Part shown: in pieces, positions 38,801 to 54,984 of the stretch | Numbering within the stretch: position 1 is the first letter of the stretch | Layout of the letters: the number at the start of each line of letters is the position of its first letter | Source: Octopus vulgaris | Taxonomy: Eukaryota | Assembly (NCBI GenBank): GCA_951406725.2 | Contig: OX597831.1 | Span: forward strand, 6,386,001 to 6,450,000 | Direction: 5' to 3' | DNA: 64,000 bases | Made by a program: the position numbers and the translations under genes | Notes under the pieces: generated by a model | Told to the model about the DNA's origin: nothing | What the model saw: the letters and a program-made list of their open reading frames with translations, nothing else | The model's database searches: none

Positions 38801-39382
38801 TGCAAATTATATATATATGCAAATTATATATATATATATGCAAATTATATATTTATATATATATGCAAACTATATATATATATATATGCAAATTTTATAT
38901 ATATATAGTCAAATTATAAATATGTATATGCAAATCATGTATATATTTGCAAATTATGTATATATATATGCAAATTATGTATAAATATATGCAAATTATG
39001 TATATATGCAAATTATGTATATATATATGTAAATTACGTATATATATATATGCAAATTATATATATGTATGCAAATTATATATATATATATATGCAAATT
39101 ATATATATGTATGCAAATTATATATATATATATGCAAATTATATATATATATATGTAAATTATATATATATGTATGCAAATTATATATATATCTATGCAA
39201 ATTATATATATATATGTATGCAAATTATATATATATGTATGCAAATAATATATATATATGCAAATTATATATATATGTATGCAAATTATATATATATATA
39301 TATGCAAATTATATATATATATACAAATTATATATATATATATATGCAAATTATATATATATATATCAAATTATATATATAT

Positions 39383-39424
<42 letters not shown>

Positions 39425-42400
39425 AATTATATATATATATGCAAACTATATATATATATATGCAAATTATATATATATATATATATCAAATTATATATAT
39501 ATATATGTAAATTATGTATATATATATATGCAAATTATTATATATATATATGCAAATTATGTATATATATATGCAAATTATGTATATATATGCAAATTAA
39601 GTATATATATATGCAAATTATGTATATATATATGCAAATTATATATATGTTTGCAAATTATATATATATATGCAAATTATATATATATATATGCAAATTA
39701 TATATATATATGCAAATTATATATATATATATGCAAATTATATATATATATGCAAATTATATATATATATGCAAATTATATATATATATGCAAATTATAT
39801 ATATATGCAAATTATATATATATATGCAAATTATATATATATATGCAAATTATATATATATATATGCAAATTATGTATATATATATGCAAATTATATATA
39901 TATATATGCAAATTATATATATATATATGCAAATTATATATATATATGCAAATTATATATATATATGCACATTATGTATATATATATGCAAATTATGTAT
40001 ATATATATGCAAATTATGTATATATATATATGCAAATTATGTATATATATATGCAAATTATATATATATATATGCAAATTATATATATGTATGCAAATTA
40101 TATATATATATACATGCAAATTATATATATATATGCAAATTATATATATATATATTGCAAATTATATATATATATATGCAAATTATATATATATATATAT
40201 GCAAATTATATATATATGCAAATTATATATATATATGCAAATTATATATATATGTATTATATATATATATGCAAATTATATATATATATGCAAATTATAT
40301 ATATATTACAAATTATATATATATATGCAAATTATATATATATATATATGCAAATTATATATATATATGCAAATTATATATATATATAAATTATATATAT
40401 ATATATAAATTATATATATATATGCAAATTATATATATATATGCAAATTATATATATATATGCAAATTATATATATATATATGCAAATTATATATATATA
40501 TATGCAAATATATATATATATACAAATTATATATATATATATATTATCAAATTATGTATATATATACAAATTATGTATATATATATAAATTATGTATATA
40601 TATATAAATTATATATATATATATCAAATTATGTATATATATATGCAAATTATGTATATATATATATGCAAATTATGTATATATATATATGCAAATTATA
40701 TATATATATATGCAAATTATGTATATATATATGCAAATTATGTATATATATATATGCAAATTATGTATATATATATGCAAATTATGTATATATATATGCA
40801 AATTATATATATATATATGCAAATTATGTATATATATATGCAAATTATATATATGTATGCAAATTATATATATATATATGCAAATTATATATATGTATGC
40901 AAATTATATATATATGCAATAATTATATATATATATATATGCAAATTATGTATATATATATGTAAATTATATATATATGTATGCAAATTATATATATATC
41001 TATGCAAATTATATATATATATATGCAAATTATATATATATATATGCAAATTATATATATATATCAAATTATATATATATATGCAAATTATATATATATA
41101 TATGCAAATTAATATATATATGCAAATTATATATATATATGCAAATTATATATATATATTGCAAATTATATATATATATATGCAAATTATATATATATAT
41201 ATCAAATTATATAACATATATATGCAAATTATATGTATATATATATGCAAATTATATATATATATATATGCAAATTATATATATATATACAAATTATATA
41301 TATATATATATATGCAAATTATATATATATATATGCAAATTATATATATATATGCAAATTATGTATATATATATATGCAAATTATGTATATATATATGCA
41401 AATTATATATATATGCAAATTATACATATATATGCAAATTATATATATATAGATGCAAATTATATATATATATGCAAATTATATATATATATGCAAATTA
41501 TATATATATATGCAAATTATATATATATATATGCAAATTATATATATATGTATATATATATGCAAATTATATATATATATATATGCAAATTATATATATA
41601 TATATGAAATTATGTATATATATATGCAAATTATGTATATATATATATGCAAATTATGTATATATATATATGCAAATTATATATATATACATGCAAATTA
41701 TATATATATATATGCAAATTTGTATATATATATGCAAATTATATATATGCAAATTATGTATATATATATATGCAAATTTTATATATTATGCAAATTATAT
41801 ATATATGCATGCAATTATTATATATATATGCAAATTATATATATATATATGCAAATTATATATATATATATATGCAAATTATATATATATGCAAATTATA
41901 TATATATATGCAAATTATATATATATATATTTAAATTAAATTTTTTTATATTTGCAAATTATATATATATATTTGCAAATTTTATATATATATATGCAAA
42001 TTATATATATATATATGCAAATTATGTATATATATGCAAATTATGTATACATATATGCAAATTATCTATATATATATGCAAATTATGAATATATATATAT
42101 GCAAATTATGTATATATATATCCAAATTATAAGTATGTATGCAAATTATATATATATATATGCAAATTATATATATGTATGCAAATTATATATATATGTT
42201 TGCAAATTATATATATATATATATGCAAATTATATATATATGTATGCAAATTATATATATATATATATGCAAATTATATATATATATGTATGCAAATTAT
42301 ATATATATGCAAATTATATATATATGTATGCAAATTTTATATATATTTATGCAAATTATATATATATGCAAATTATATATATATGCAAATTATATATATA

Positions 42401-43774
42401 TGCCAATTATATATATATATATGCAAATTATATATATATATGCCAAGTATATATATATATATATATGCAAATTATATATATATATATGCAAACTATATAT
42501 ATATATATATATATATGCAAATTATATATATATATACAAATTGTATATTTATATATATACAAATTGTATGTATATATTATGTATATATATTATGTATATA
42601 TATATACAAATTATGTATATATATATACAAATTATGTATATATATATACAAATTATATATATATATATGCAAATTATGTATATATATATGCGAATTATGT
42701 ATACATATATGCAAATTATGTATATATATATGCAATTTACGTATATATATATGTCAATTATGTATATATATCTGCAAATTATGTATATATATATGCAAAT
42801 TATGTATATATATATACATGCAAAATATGTATATATATATGCAAATTAAGTATATATATATGCAAATTATATATATGCAAATTATGTACATATATATGCA
42901 AATTATATATATGTATGCAAATTATATATATATATATGCAAATTATATATATATATGCAAATTATATATATGCATGCAAATTATATATATATCTATGCAA
43001 ATTATATATATATATGTATGCAAATTATATATATATGCAAAATATATATATATGTATGCAAATTATATATATATATGCAAATTATATATATATATGCAAA
43101 TTATATATATATGCAAATTATATATATATATATATATGCAAATTATATATTTATATATATGCAAACTATATATATATATATATGCAAATTTTACATATAT
43201 ATAGGCAAATTATAAATATATATATGCAAATTATGTATATATATATGCAAATTATGTATATTTATATGCAAATTATGTATATATATATGCAAATTATGTA
43301 TATATATATATGCAAATTATGTATATATATATGTAAATTACGTATATATATATATGCAAATTATATATATGTATGCAAATTATATATATATATACATGCA
43401 AATTATATATATGTATGCAAATTATATATATATATATGCAAATTATATATATATATATGTAAATTATATATATATGTTTGCAAATTATATATATATCTAT
43501 GCAAATTATATATATATATGTATGCAAATTATATATATATATATATATGCAAATTATATATATATGTATGAAAATTATTTATATATGAAAATTATATATA
43601 TATGTATGCAAATTATATATATATGTATGCAAATAATATATATATCCAAATTATATATATATGTATGCAAATTATATATATATGCAAATTATATATATAT
43701 ATATACAAATAATATATATATATATATGCAAATATATATATATATATGCAAATTATATATATATATATATATTC

Positions 43775-43805
<31 letters not shown>

Positions 43806-44735
43806 AATTATATATATATATTCAAACTATATATATATATATGCAAATTATATTTATATATATATATATGCAAATTATATATATATATACAAATTGTATA
43901 TATATATATATACAAATTGTATATATATATTATGTATATAAATTATGTATATATATACAGATTATGTATATATATATACAGATTGTGTATATTTATATAT
44001 AAATTATGTATATATATATCCAAATTATGTATATATATATGCAAATTTTGTATATATATATGCAAATTATGTATATATATATGCAAATTATGTATATATA
44101 TATGCAAATTATGTATATATACATATGCAAATTATATATATATATATATGCAAATTATGTATATATATATATATGCAAATTGACGTATATATATATGCAT
44201 GCAAATTATATATATATATATGCAAATTATGCATATATATATGCAATTTATGTATATATATATGCAAATTATGTATATATATATTCAAATTATGTATATA
44301 TATGCAAATTAAGTATATAGATATGCAAATTATGTATATATATATGCAAATTATGTATATATATATGCAAATTATGTATATTTATATGCAAATTATGTAT
44401 ATATATATGCAAATTATGTATATATGCCTATTATGTATATATATATGCAAATTATGTGTATATATATGCAGATTATGTACATATATATGCAAATTTTGTA
44501 TATATATATGCAAATTAAGTATATAAATATGCAAATTATGTATATTTATATGCAAATTATGTATATATATATGCAAATTATGTATATATATATGCAAATT
44601 ATATATATACAAATTATGTATTTATATATGCAAATTTTATATATGTATATATATATATATATGCAAACTATATATATTTGCAAATTATATATATATATAT
44701 ATGCAACTTATATATATATGTATGCAAATACATAT
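32846..44735. repeat. Satellite D: GCAAATT core separated by variable (AT)n, unit about 17-27 bp, several hundred copies
   Basis: Direct reading: ATGCAAATTAT(G)TATAT... Confidence 0.97.
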
Positions 44736-44897
44736 AATCTATAAATAGAATCTATAAATAAATAAATATCTAAATAGATAAATAAATAGAATCTATAAAT
44801 AGAATCTGTAAATAGAATCTATAAATAAATAAATAAATAAGTAAATAAATAAATAAATAAATAGAATCTATAAATAGAATCTATAAATAAATAAATA
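44736..44897. repeat. Satellite C, short right remnant
   Basis: Same 13-mer and AAAT blocks, in the same orientation as 26807-32845. Confidence 0.93.
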
Positions 44898-47800
44898 GAG
44901 GTATTTATTTAATAGCAGATGGATGGATGCATGGATGGATGGATGGATAATGATATTTATCTAATTGCGGATGGATGGATGCAGGGATGGATGGATGATT
45001 AGAGGTATCTATTAAATAAATACTTTATAGCGGATGGATGGATGGATGGATGGATGAAGGTATTTATTTAATAGCGGATGGATGGATGCATGGATGGATG
45101 GATAAAGGTATTTATTTAATTGCGGATGGATGGATGCATGGATGGATGGATAAAGGTATTTATTTAATGGCGGATGGATGGATGCATGGATGGATGGATA
45201 AAGGTATTTATTTAATAGCGGATGGATGGATGCATGGATGGATGGATGAAGTTATTTATTTAATAGCGGATGGATGGTGCATGGATGGATGGATGGATGA
45301 AAATCTTTATTTAATAGCGGATGGATGGATGCATGGATGGATGGATGAAGGTATTTATTTAATAGCGGATGGATGGATGCATGGATGGATGGATGAAGGT
45401 ATTTATTTAATAGCGGATGGATGGATGCATGGATGGATGGAAAAAGGTATTTATTTAATAGCGGATGGATGGATGCATGGATGGATGGATGAAGGTATTT
45501 ATTTAATAGCGGATGGATGGATGCATGGATGGATGGATGAAGTTATTTCTTTAATAGAGATTGGATGGTGCATGGATGGATGAATGGATGAAGGTCATTA
45601 TTTAATAGCGGATGGATGGATGCATGGATGGATGGATGACGGTGTTTATTTAATAGCGGATGGATGGATGCATGGATGGATGGAGGAAGGTATTTATTTA
45701 ATAGCGGATGGATGGATGCATGGATGGATGGACAAAGGTATTTATTTAATAGCGGATGGATGGATGCATGGATGGATGGATAAAGGTATTTATTTAATAG
45801 CGGATGGATGGATGCATGGATGGATGGATGAAGGTATTTATTTAATAGCGGATGGATGGATGCATGGATGGATGGACAAAGGTATTTATTTAATAGCGGA
45901 TGGATTTATGCATGGATGGATAGATAAAGGTATTTATTTAATAGCGGATGGATGGATGGATGCATGGATGGATGGGAGAAGGTGTTTATTTAATAGCGGA
46001 TGGATGGATGCATGGACGGATGGACAAAGGTATTTATTTAATAGCGGATGGATGGATGCATGGATGGATGGATAAAGGTATTTATTTAATAGCGGATGGA
46101 TGGATGCATGGATGGATGGATAAAGGTATTTATTTAATAGCGGATGGATGGATGCATGGATGGATGGACAAAGGTCTTTATTTAATAGCGGATGGATGGT
46201 GCATGGATGGATGGATGGATGAAGGTCTTTATTTAATAGCGGATGGATGGATGCATGGATGGATGGATGAAGGTATTTATTTAATCGCGGATGGATGGAT
46301 GCATGAATGGATGGATGAAGGTATTTATTTAATAGCGGATGGATAGATGCATGGATGGATGGATGATGTTATTTATTTAATAGCGGATGGATGGATGGAT
46401 GCATGGATGGATGGATAAAGGTATTTATTTAATAGCGGATGGATGGATGCATGGATGGATGGATGAAGGTATTTATTTAATAGCGGATGGATGGATGCAT
46501 GGATGGATGGATGAAGGTATTTATTTAATAGCGGATGGATGGATGCATGGATGGATGGATGGATGGAATAGGATGGATGGATGCATGGATGGATGGATGC
46601 ATGGATGGATGGATGAAGTTATTTATTTAATAGTGGATGGATGGATGCATGGATGGATGGAGGAAGGTATTTATTTAATAGCGGATGGATGGATGCATGG
46701 ATGGATGGATGAAGGTATTTATTTAATAGCGGATGGATGGATGCATGGATGGATGGATGAAGGTATTTATTTAATAGCGGATGGATGGATGCATGGATGG
46801 ATGGATAAAGGTATTTATTTAATAGCGGATGGATGGATGCATGGATGGATGGATGAAGGTATTTATTTAATAGCGGATGGATGGATGGATGCATGGATGG
46901 ATGCATGGATGGATGGATAAAGTTATTTATTTAATAGTGGATGGATGGATGCATGGATGGATGGATAAAGGTATTTATTTTATAGCGGATGGATGGATGC
47001 ATGGATGGATGGATGAAGGTATTTATTTAATAGCGGATGGATGGATGAAGGTATTTATTTAATAGCGGATGGATGGATGCATGGATGGATGGATGAAGGT
47101 ATTTATTTAATAGCTGGATGATGGATGCATGGATGGATGGATAAAGGTATTTATTTAATAGCGGATGGATGGATGCATGGATGGATGGACAAAGGTATTT
47201 ATTTAATAGCGGATGGATGGATGCATGGATGGATGGATGGATGAAGGTATTTATTTAATAGCGGATGGATGGATGCATGGATGGATGGATGAAGGTATTT
47301 ATTTAATAGAGGATGGATGGATGCATGGATGGATGGATGAAGGTATTTATTTAATAGCGGATGGATGGATGCATGGATGGATGGATGAAGGTATTTATTT
47401 AATAGCGGATGGATGGATGCATGGATGGATGGATAAAGTTATTTATTTAATAGTGGATGGATGGATGCATGGATGGATGGATAAAGGTATTTATTTAATA
47501 GCAGATGGATGGATGGATGCATGGATGGATGGATGAAGGTATTTATTTAATAGCAGATGGATGGATGCATGGATGGATGGATGAAGGTATTTATTTAATA
47601 GCGGATGGATGGATGCATGGATGGATGGATGAAGTTATTTATTTAATAGCGGATGGATGGATGCATGGATGGATGGATGAAGGTATTTATTTAATAGCAG
47701 ATGGATGGATGGATGCATGGATGGATGGATGAAGGTATTTATTTAATAGCGGATGGATGGATGCATGGATGGATGGATGCATGGATGGATGGATGAAGTT

Positions 47801-50800
47801 ATTTATTTAGTAGTGGATGGATGGATGCATGGATGGATGGACTGTAGGTATTTATTTAATAGTGGATGGATGGATGCATGGATGGATGGATGAAGTTATT
47901 TATTTAATAGCGGATGGATGGATGCATGGATGGATGGATGAAGGTATTTATTTAATAGCGGATGGATGGATGCATGGATGGATGGATGAAGGTATTTATT
48001 TAATAGCGGATGGATGGATACATGGATGGATGGATGAAGGTATTTATTTAATAGCGGATGGATTGATGGATGGATGAAGGTATTTATTTAATAGCGGATG
48101 GATGGATGCATGGATGGATGGATGAAGTTATTTATTTAATAGCGGATGGATGGATGCATGGATGGATGGATGAAGGTATTTATTTAATAGCAGATGGATG
48201 GATGGATGCATGGATGGATGGATGAAGGTATTTATTTAATAGCAGATGGATGGATGGATGCATGGATGGATGGATGAAGGTATTTATTTAATAGCGGATG
48301 GATGGATGGATGGATGAAGGTATTTATTTAATATCGGATGGATGGATGCATGGATGGATGGATGAAGGTATTTATTTAATAGTGGATGGATGGATGCATG
48401 GATGGATGGATAAATCTATTTATTTAATAGTGGATGGATGGATGCATGGATGGATGGATGAAGGTATTTATTTAATAGCGGATGGATGGATGCATGGATG
48501 GATGGATGAAGGTATTTATTTAATAGCGGATGGATGGATGCATGGATGGATGGATAAAGTTATTTATTTAATAGCGATGGATGGATGGATGCATGGATGG
48601 ATGGATGAAGGTATTTATTTAATAGCAGATGGATGGATGGATGCATGGATGGATGGATGAAGGTATTTATTTAATAGCAGATGGATGGATGGATGCATGG
48701 ATGGATGGATGAAGGTATTTATTTAATAGCAGATGGATGGATGGATGCATGGATGGATGGATGAAGGTATTTATTTAATAGCGGATGGATGGATGGATGG
48801 ATGATGGATGAAGTTATTTATTTAATAGTGGATGGATGGATGGATGGATGGATGGATGGATAAAGGTATTTATTTAATAGCAGATGGATGGATGGATGCA
48901 TGGATGGATGGATGAAGGTATTTATTTAATAGTGGATGGATGGATGCATGGATGGATGGATGGATGGAAGGTATTTATTTAATAGCGGATGGATGGATGC
49001 ATGGATGGATGGATAAAGTTATTTATTTAATAGCGGATGGATGGATGCATGGATGGATGGATGAAGGTATTTATTTAATAGCAGATGGATGGATGGATGC
49101 ATGGATGGATGGATGAAGGTATTTATTTAATAGCGGATGGATGGATGCATGGATGGATGGATGAAGGTATTTATTTAATAGCGGATGGATGGATGCATGG
49201 ATGGATGGATGAAGTTATTTATTTAATAGCGGATGGATGGATGCATGGATGGATGGATAAAGGTATTTATTTAATAGCGGATGGATGGATGCATGGATGG
49301 ATGGATGGATGTATTTATTTAATAATGACGGATGGATGGATGCATGGATGGATGGATGAAGTTATTTATTTAATAGCGGATGGATGGATGCATGGATGGA
49401 TGGATGAAGGTATGGGATGGATGGATGCATGGATGGATGGATAAAGGTATTTATTTAATAGTGGATGGATGGATGCATGGATGGATGGATAAAGGTATTT
49501 ATTTAATAGCGGATGGATGGATGCATGGATGGATGGATGAAGGTATTTATTTAATAGCGGATGGATGGATGCATGGATGGATGGATGAAGGTATTTATTT
49601 AATAGCGGATGGATGGATGCATGGATGGATGGATGAAGTTATTTATTTAATAGTGGATGGATGGATGCATGGATGGATGGATGAAGGTATTTATTTAATA
49701 GTGGATGGATGGATGGATGCATGGATGGATGGATGAAGGTATTTATTTAATAGTGGATGGATGGATGCATGGATGGATGGATGAAGGTATTTATTTAATA
49801 GCGGATGGATGGATGCATGGATGGATGGATGCATGGATGGATGGATGAAGTTATTTATTTAATAGTGGATGGATGGATGCATGGATGGATGGATAAAGGT
49901 ATTTATTTAATAGCGGATGGATGGATGCATGGATGGATGGATGAAGGTATTTATTTAATAGCGGATGGATGGATGCATGGATGGATGGATGAAGGTATTT
50001 AATAGCGGATGGATGGATGCATGGATGGATGGATGAAGTTATTTATTTAATAGCGGATGGATGGATGCATGGATGGATGGATGGATGGAAGGTATTTATT
50101 TAATAGCGGATGGATGGATGCATGGATGGATGGATGAAGGTATTTATTTAATAGCGGATGGATGGATGGATGCATGGATGGATGGATGAAGGTATTTATT
50201 TAATAGCGATGGATGGATGGATGCATGGATGGATGGATGAAGGTATTTATTTAATAGCGGATGGATGGATGCATGGATGGATGGATGAAGTTATTTATTA
50301 AGATGGATGGATGGATGGATGCATGGATGGATGGATGAAGGTATTTATTTAATAGTGGATGGATGGATGCATGGATGGATGGATGAAGGTATTTATTTAA
50401 TAGTGGATGGATGGATGCATGGATGGATGGATGAAGGTATTTATTTAATAGCGGATGGATGGATGCATGGATGGATGGATAAAGGTATTTATTTAATAGC
50501 GGATGGATGGATGGATGGATGCATGGATGGATGGATGAAGGTATTTATTTAATAGCAGATGGATGGATGGATGCATGGATGGATGGATGAAGGTATTTAT
50601 TTAATAGCGGATGGATGGATGCATGGATGGATGGATGAAGGTATTTATTTAATAGCGGATGGATGGATGCATGGATGGATGGATGAAGGTATTTATGGAT
50701 GGATGGATGGATGGATGGATGGATGGATGGATGGATGGATGAAGGTATTTATTTAATAGCTGATGGATGGATGCATGGATGGATGTATGAAGGTATTTAT

Positions 50801-53800
50801 TTAATAGCGGATGGATGGATGCATGGATGGATGGATGAAGGTATTTATTTAATAGCGGATGGATGGATGCATGGATGGATGGATGAAGGTATTTATTTAA
50901 TAGTGGATGGATGGATGCATGGATGGATGGATGGTTATTTATTTAATAGCGGATGGATGGATGCATGGATGGATGGATGAAGGTATTTATTTAATAGCGG
51001 ATGGATGGATGCATGGATGGATGGATAAAGGTATTTATTTAATAGCGGATGGATGGATGCATGGATGGATGGATGAAGGTATTTATTTAATAGCGGATGG
51101 ATTGATGGATGGATGAAGGTATTTATTTAATAGCGGATGGATGGATGCATGGATGGATGGATGAAGATGATGGATGGATGCATGGATGGATGGATGAATG
51201 TATTTATTTAATAGCAGATGGATGGATGCATGGATGGATGGATGCATGGATGGATGGATGCATGGATGGATGGATGGATGCATGGATGGATGGATGGATG
51301 CATGGATGGATGGATGAAGGTATTTATTTAATAGCAGATGGATGGATGGATGCATGGATGGATGGATGAAGGTATTTATTTAATAGCGGATGGATGGATG
51401 CATGGATGGATGGATGGATGGATGGATGGTATTATTTATTTAATAGCTAATGGATGGATGGATGCATGGATGGATGGATGAAGGTATTTATTTAATAGCG
51501 GATGGATGGATGCATGGATGGATGGATGAAGGTATTTATTTAATAGCGGATGGATGGATGCATGGATGGATGGATGAAGGTATTTATTTAATAGCGGATG
51601 GATGGATGCATGGATGGATGGATGAAGGTATTTAATAGCGGATGGATGGATGCATGGATGGATGGATGAATTTATTTATTTAATAGCAGATGGATGGATG
51701 GATGGATGGATGGATGGATGGATGGATGGATGGATGGATGGATGGATGGATGGATGAAGGTATTTATTTAATAGCGGATGGATGGATGCATGGATGGATG
51801 GATAAAGGTATTTATTTAATAGCGGATGGATGGATGCATGGATGGATGGATGAAGGTATTTATTTAATACATGGATGGATGGATGGATGGATGCATGGAT
51901 GGATGGATATAGGTATTTATTTAATAGCGGATGGATGGATGCATGGATGGATGGATGGATGGATTTATTTAATAGCGGATGGATGGATGGATGGATGGAT
52001 GGATGGATGAATGTATTTATTTAATAGCGGATGGATGGATGCATGGATGGATGGATGAAATTATTTATTTAATAGCGGATGGATGGATGGATGCATGGAT
52101 GGATGGATTAAGGTATTTATTTAATAGTGGATGGATGGATGCATGGATGGATGGATGAAGGTATTTATTTAATAGCGGATGGATGGATGCATGGATGGAT
52201 GGATAAAGGTATTTATTTAATAGCGGAAAGATGGATGCATGGATGGATGGATGAAAGTTATTTATTTAATAGCGGATGGATGGATGCATGGATGGATGGA
52301 TGAAGGTATTTATTTAATAGTGGATGGATGGATGCATGGATGGATGGATGAAGGTATTTATTTAATAGCGGATGGATGGATGCATGGATGGATGGATGAA
52401 GGTATTTATTTAATAGCGGATGGATGGACCAGATGCATGGATGGATGGATGAAGGTATTTATTTAATAGCTGGATGGATGGATGCATGGATGGATGGATG
52501 AAGGTATTTATTTAATAGCGGATGGATGGATGCATGGATGGATGGATGAAGGTATTTATTTAATAGCGGATGGATGGATGGATGGATGCATGGATGGATG
52601 GATGGATGAAGTATTTATTTAATAGCGGATGGATGGATGCATGGATGGATGGATGAAGGGTATTTATTTAATAGCAGATGGATGGATGGATGCATGGATG
52701 GATGGATAAGTATTTATTTAATAGCGGATGGATGGATGCATGGATGGATGGATGAAGGTATTTATTTAATAGCGGATGAGGATGCATGGATGGATGGATG
52801 CATTAGATGGATGGATTGACCAGTGGATTGGTGGGTGGATGGACCATATGTATGGACCTGGATGGATGGATATTTATATAGGATGGATGGATGGATGCAT
52901 GGATGGATGGATAAGGTATTTATTTAATAGCAGGATGGATGGATGGATGCATGGATGGATGGATGAAGGTATTTATTTAATAGCAGATGGATGGATGGAT
53001 GCATGGATGGATGGATGAAGGTATTTATTTAATAGCGGATGGATGGATGCATGGATGGATGGATGAAGTTATTTATTTAATAGTGGATGGATGGATGCAT
53101 GGATGGATGGATGAAGGTATTTATTTAATAGTGGATGGATGGATGGATGGATGGATGGATGGATAAAGGTATTTATTTAATAGCAGATGGATGGATGGAT
53201 GCATGGATGGATGGATGAAGGTATTTATTTAATAGCGGATGGATGGATGCATGGATGGATGGATGCATGGATGGATGGATGCATGGATGGATGGATGAAG
53301 TTATTTATTTAATAGTGGATGGATGGATGCATGGATGGATGGATGGATGGATGGATGGATGCATGGATGGTATTTATTTAATAGCGGATGGATGGATGCA
53401 TGGATGGATGGATGAAAGGTATATTTTTAATAGCGGAAGGATGGATGCATGGATGGATGGATGAAGTTATTTATTTAATAGCGGATGGATGGATGCATGG
53501 ATGGATGAAGGTATTTATTTCATAGTGGATGGATTGATGCATGGATGGATGGATGAAGGTCTTTATTTAATAGCGGATGGATGGATGCATGGATGGATGG
53601 ATGAAGGTATTTATTTAATAGCGAAAAGATGGATGCATGGATGGATGAAGTTATTTATTTAATAGCGGATGGATGGATGCATGGATGGATGGATGAATTT
53701 ATTTATTTAATAGTGGATGGATGGTTGCATGGATGGATGGATAAATGTATTTATTTAATAGCGGATGGATGGATGGATGGATGGATGGATGGATGGATGG

Positions 53801-54710
53801 ATGGATAAATGTATTTATTTAATATCGGATGGATGGATGCATGGATGGATGGATGAAGGTATTTATTTAATAGCGGATGGATGGATGGATGCATGGATGG
53901 ATGGATGCATGGATGGATGGATGCATGGATGGATGGATGCATGGATGGATGGATGAATTTATTTATTTAATAGTGGATGGATGGATGCATGGATGGATGG
54001 ATGAAGGTATATATTAAATAGCGGACGGATGGATGCATGGATGGATGGATGAAGGTATTTAAAAGGGGATGGATGGATGGATGGATGGATGAAGGTATTT
54101 ATTTAATAGTGGATGGATGGTTGCATGGATGGATGGATGAAGTTATTTATTTAATAGCGGATGGATGGATGCATGGATGGATGGATGGATGAAGGTATTT
54201 ATTTAATTAATAATGGATGGATGGATGGATGGATGGATGAAGGTATTTATTTAATAGCGTATGGATGGATGCATGGATGGATGGATGAAGGTATTTAATA
54301 GCGGATGGATGGATGCATGGATGGATGGATGAATTTATTTATTTAATAGCGGATGGATGGATGCATGGATGGATGGATGCATGGATGGATGGATGAATGA
54401 AGGTATTTATTTAATAGCGAATGGATGGATGCATGGATGGATGGATGAAGGTATTTATTTAATAGCGGATTGATGGATGCATGGATGGATGGATGCATGG
54501 ATGGATGGATGAAGGTATTTATTTAATAGCGGATGGATGGATGCATGGATGGATGGATAAAGGTATTTATTTAATAGCGGATGGATGGATGAAGGTATTT
54601 AATAGCGGATGGATGAATGCATGGATGGATGGATGGATGGATACATGGATTGATGAATGCAGGTATTTATTTAATAGTGGATTGATGGATGGATTGAAGG
54701 ATTGATGGAT

Positions 54711-54984
54711 GGAGACCGTTGCCAGCACCGCCCCGTTTCCTGTCCGCGGCCAGCCTCGCCTGGCCCCCGTGCCGGTGGCACATAAAAAACACCATCCGTT
54801 CGTAAAAAGCACCCACTACACTCACGGAGTGGTTGGCGTTAGTAAGGGCATCCAGCCGTAGAAACACTGCCAGATTTTGACTGGGCCTGATGAAGCCTTC
54901 TAGCTTCACAGACCCCAGTAGAACCGTCCAACCCATGCTAGCATTGAAAACGGACGCTAAACGATGATGATGATCATGATGATG
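54711..54984 (+). mobile_element. 5'-truncated retroposon 3' end with a (GAT)n tail inserted in satellite A (copy 1)
   Basis: GTGCCGGTGGCAC subrepeats, GGTTGGCGTTAG.AAGGGCATCCAGC, and the tail aaacgatgatgatg. Same family as 61951-62589. Confidence 0.82.

Noticed and set aside
32846-44735. Long Y/I/M/C-rich ORFs of up to 539 aa
   Set aside because: The AT-dinucleotide satellite lacks stops in all three plus frames, and the overlapping ORFs show no frame preference.
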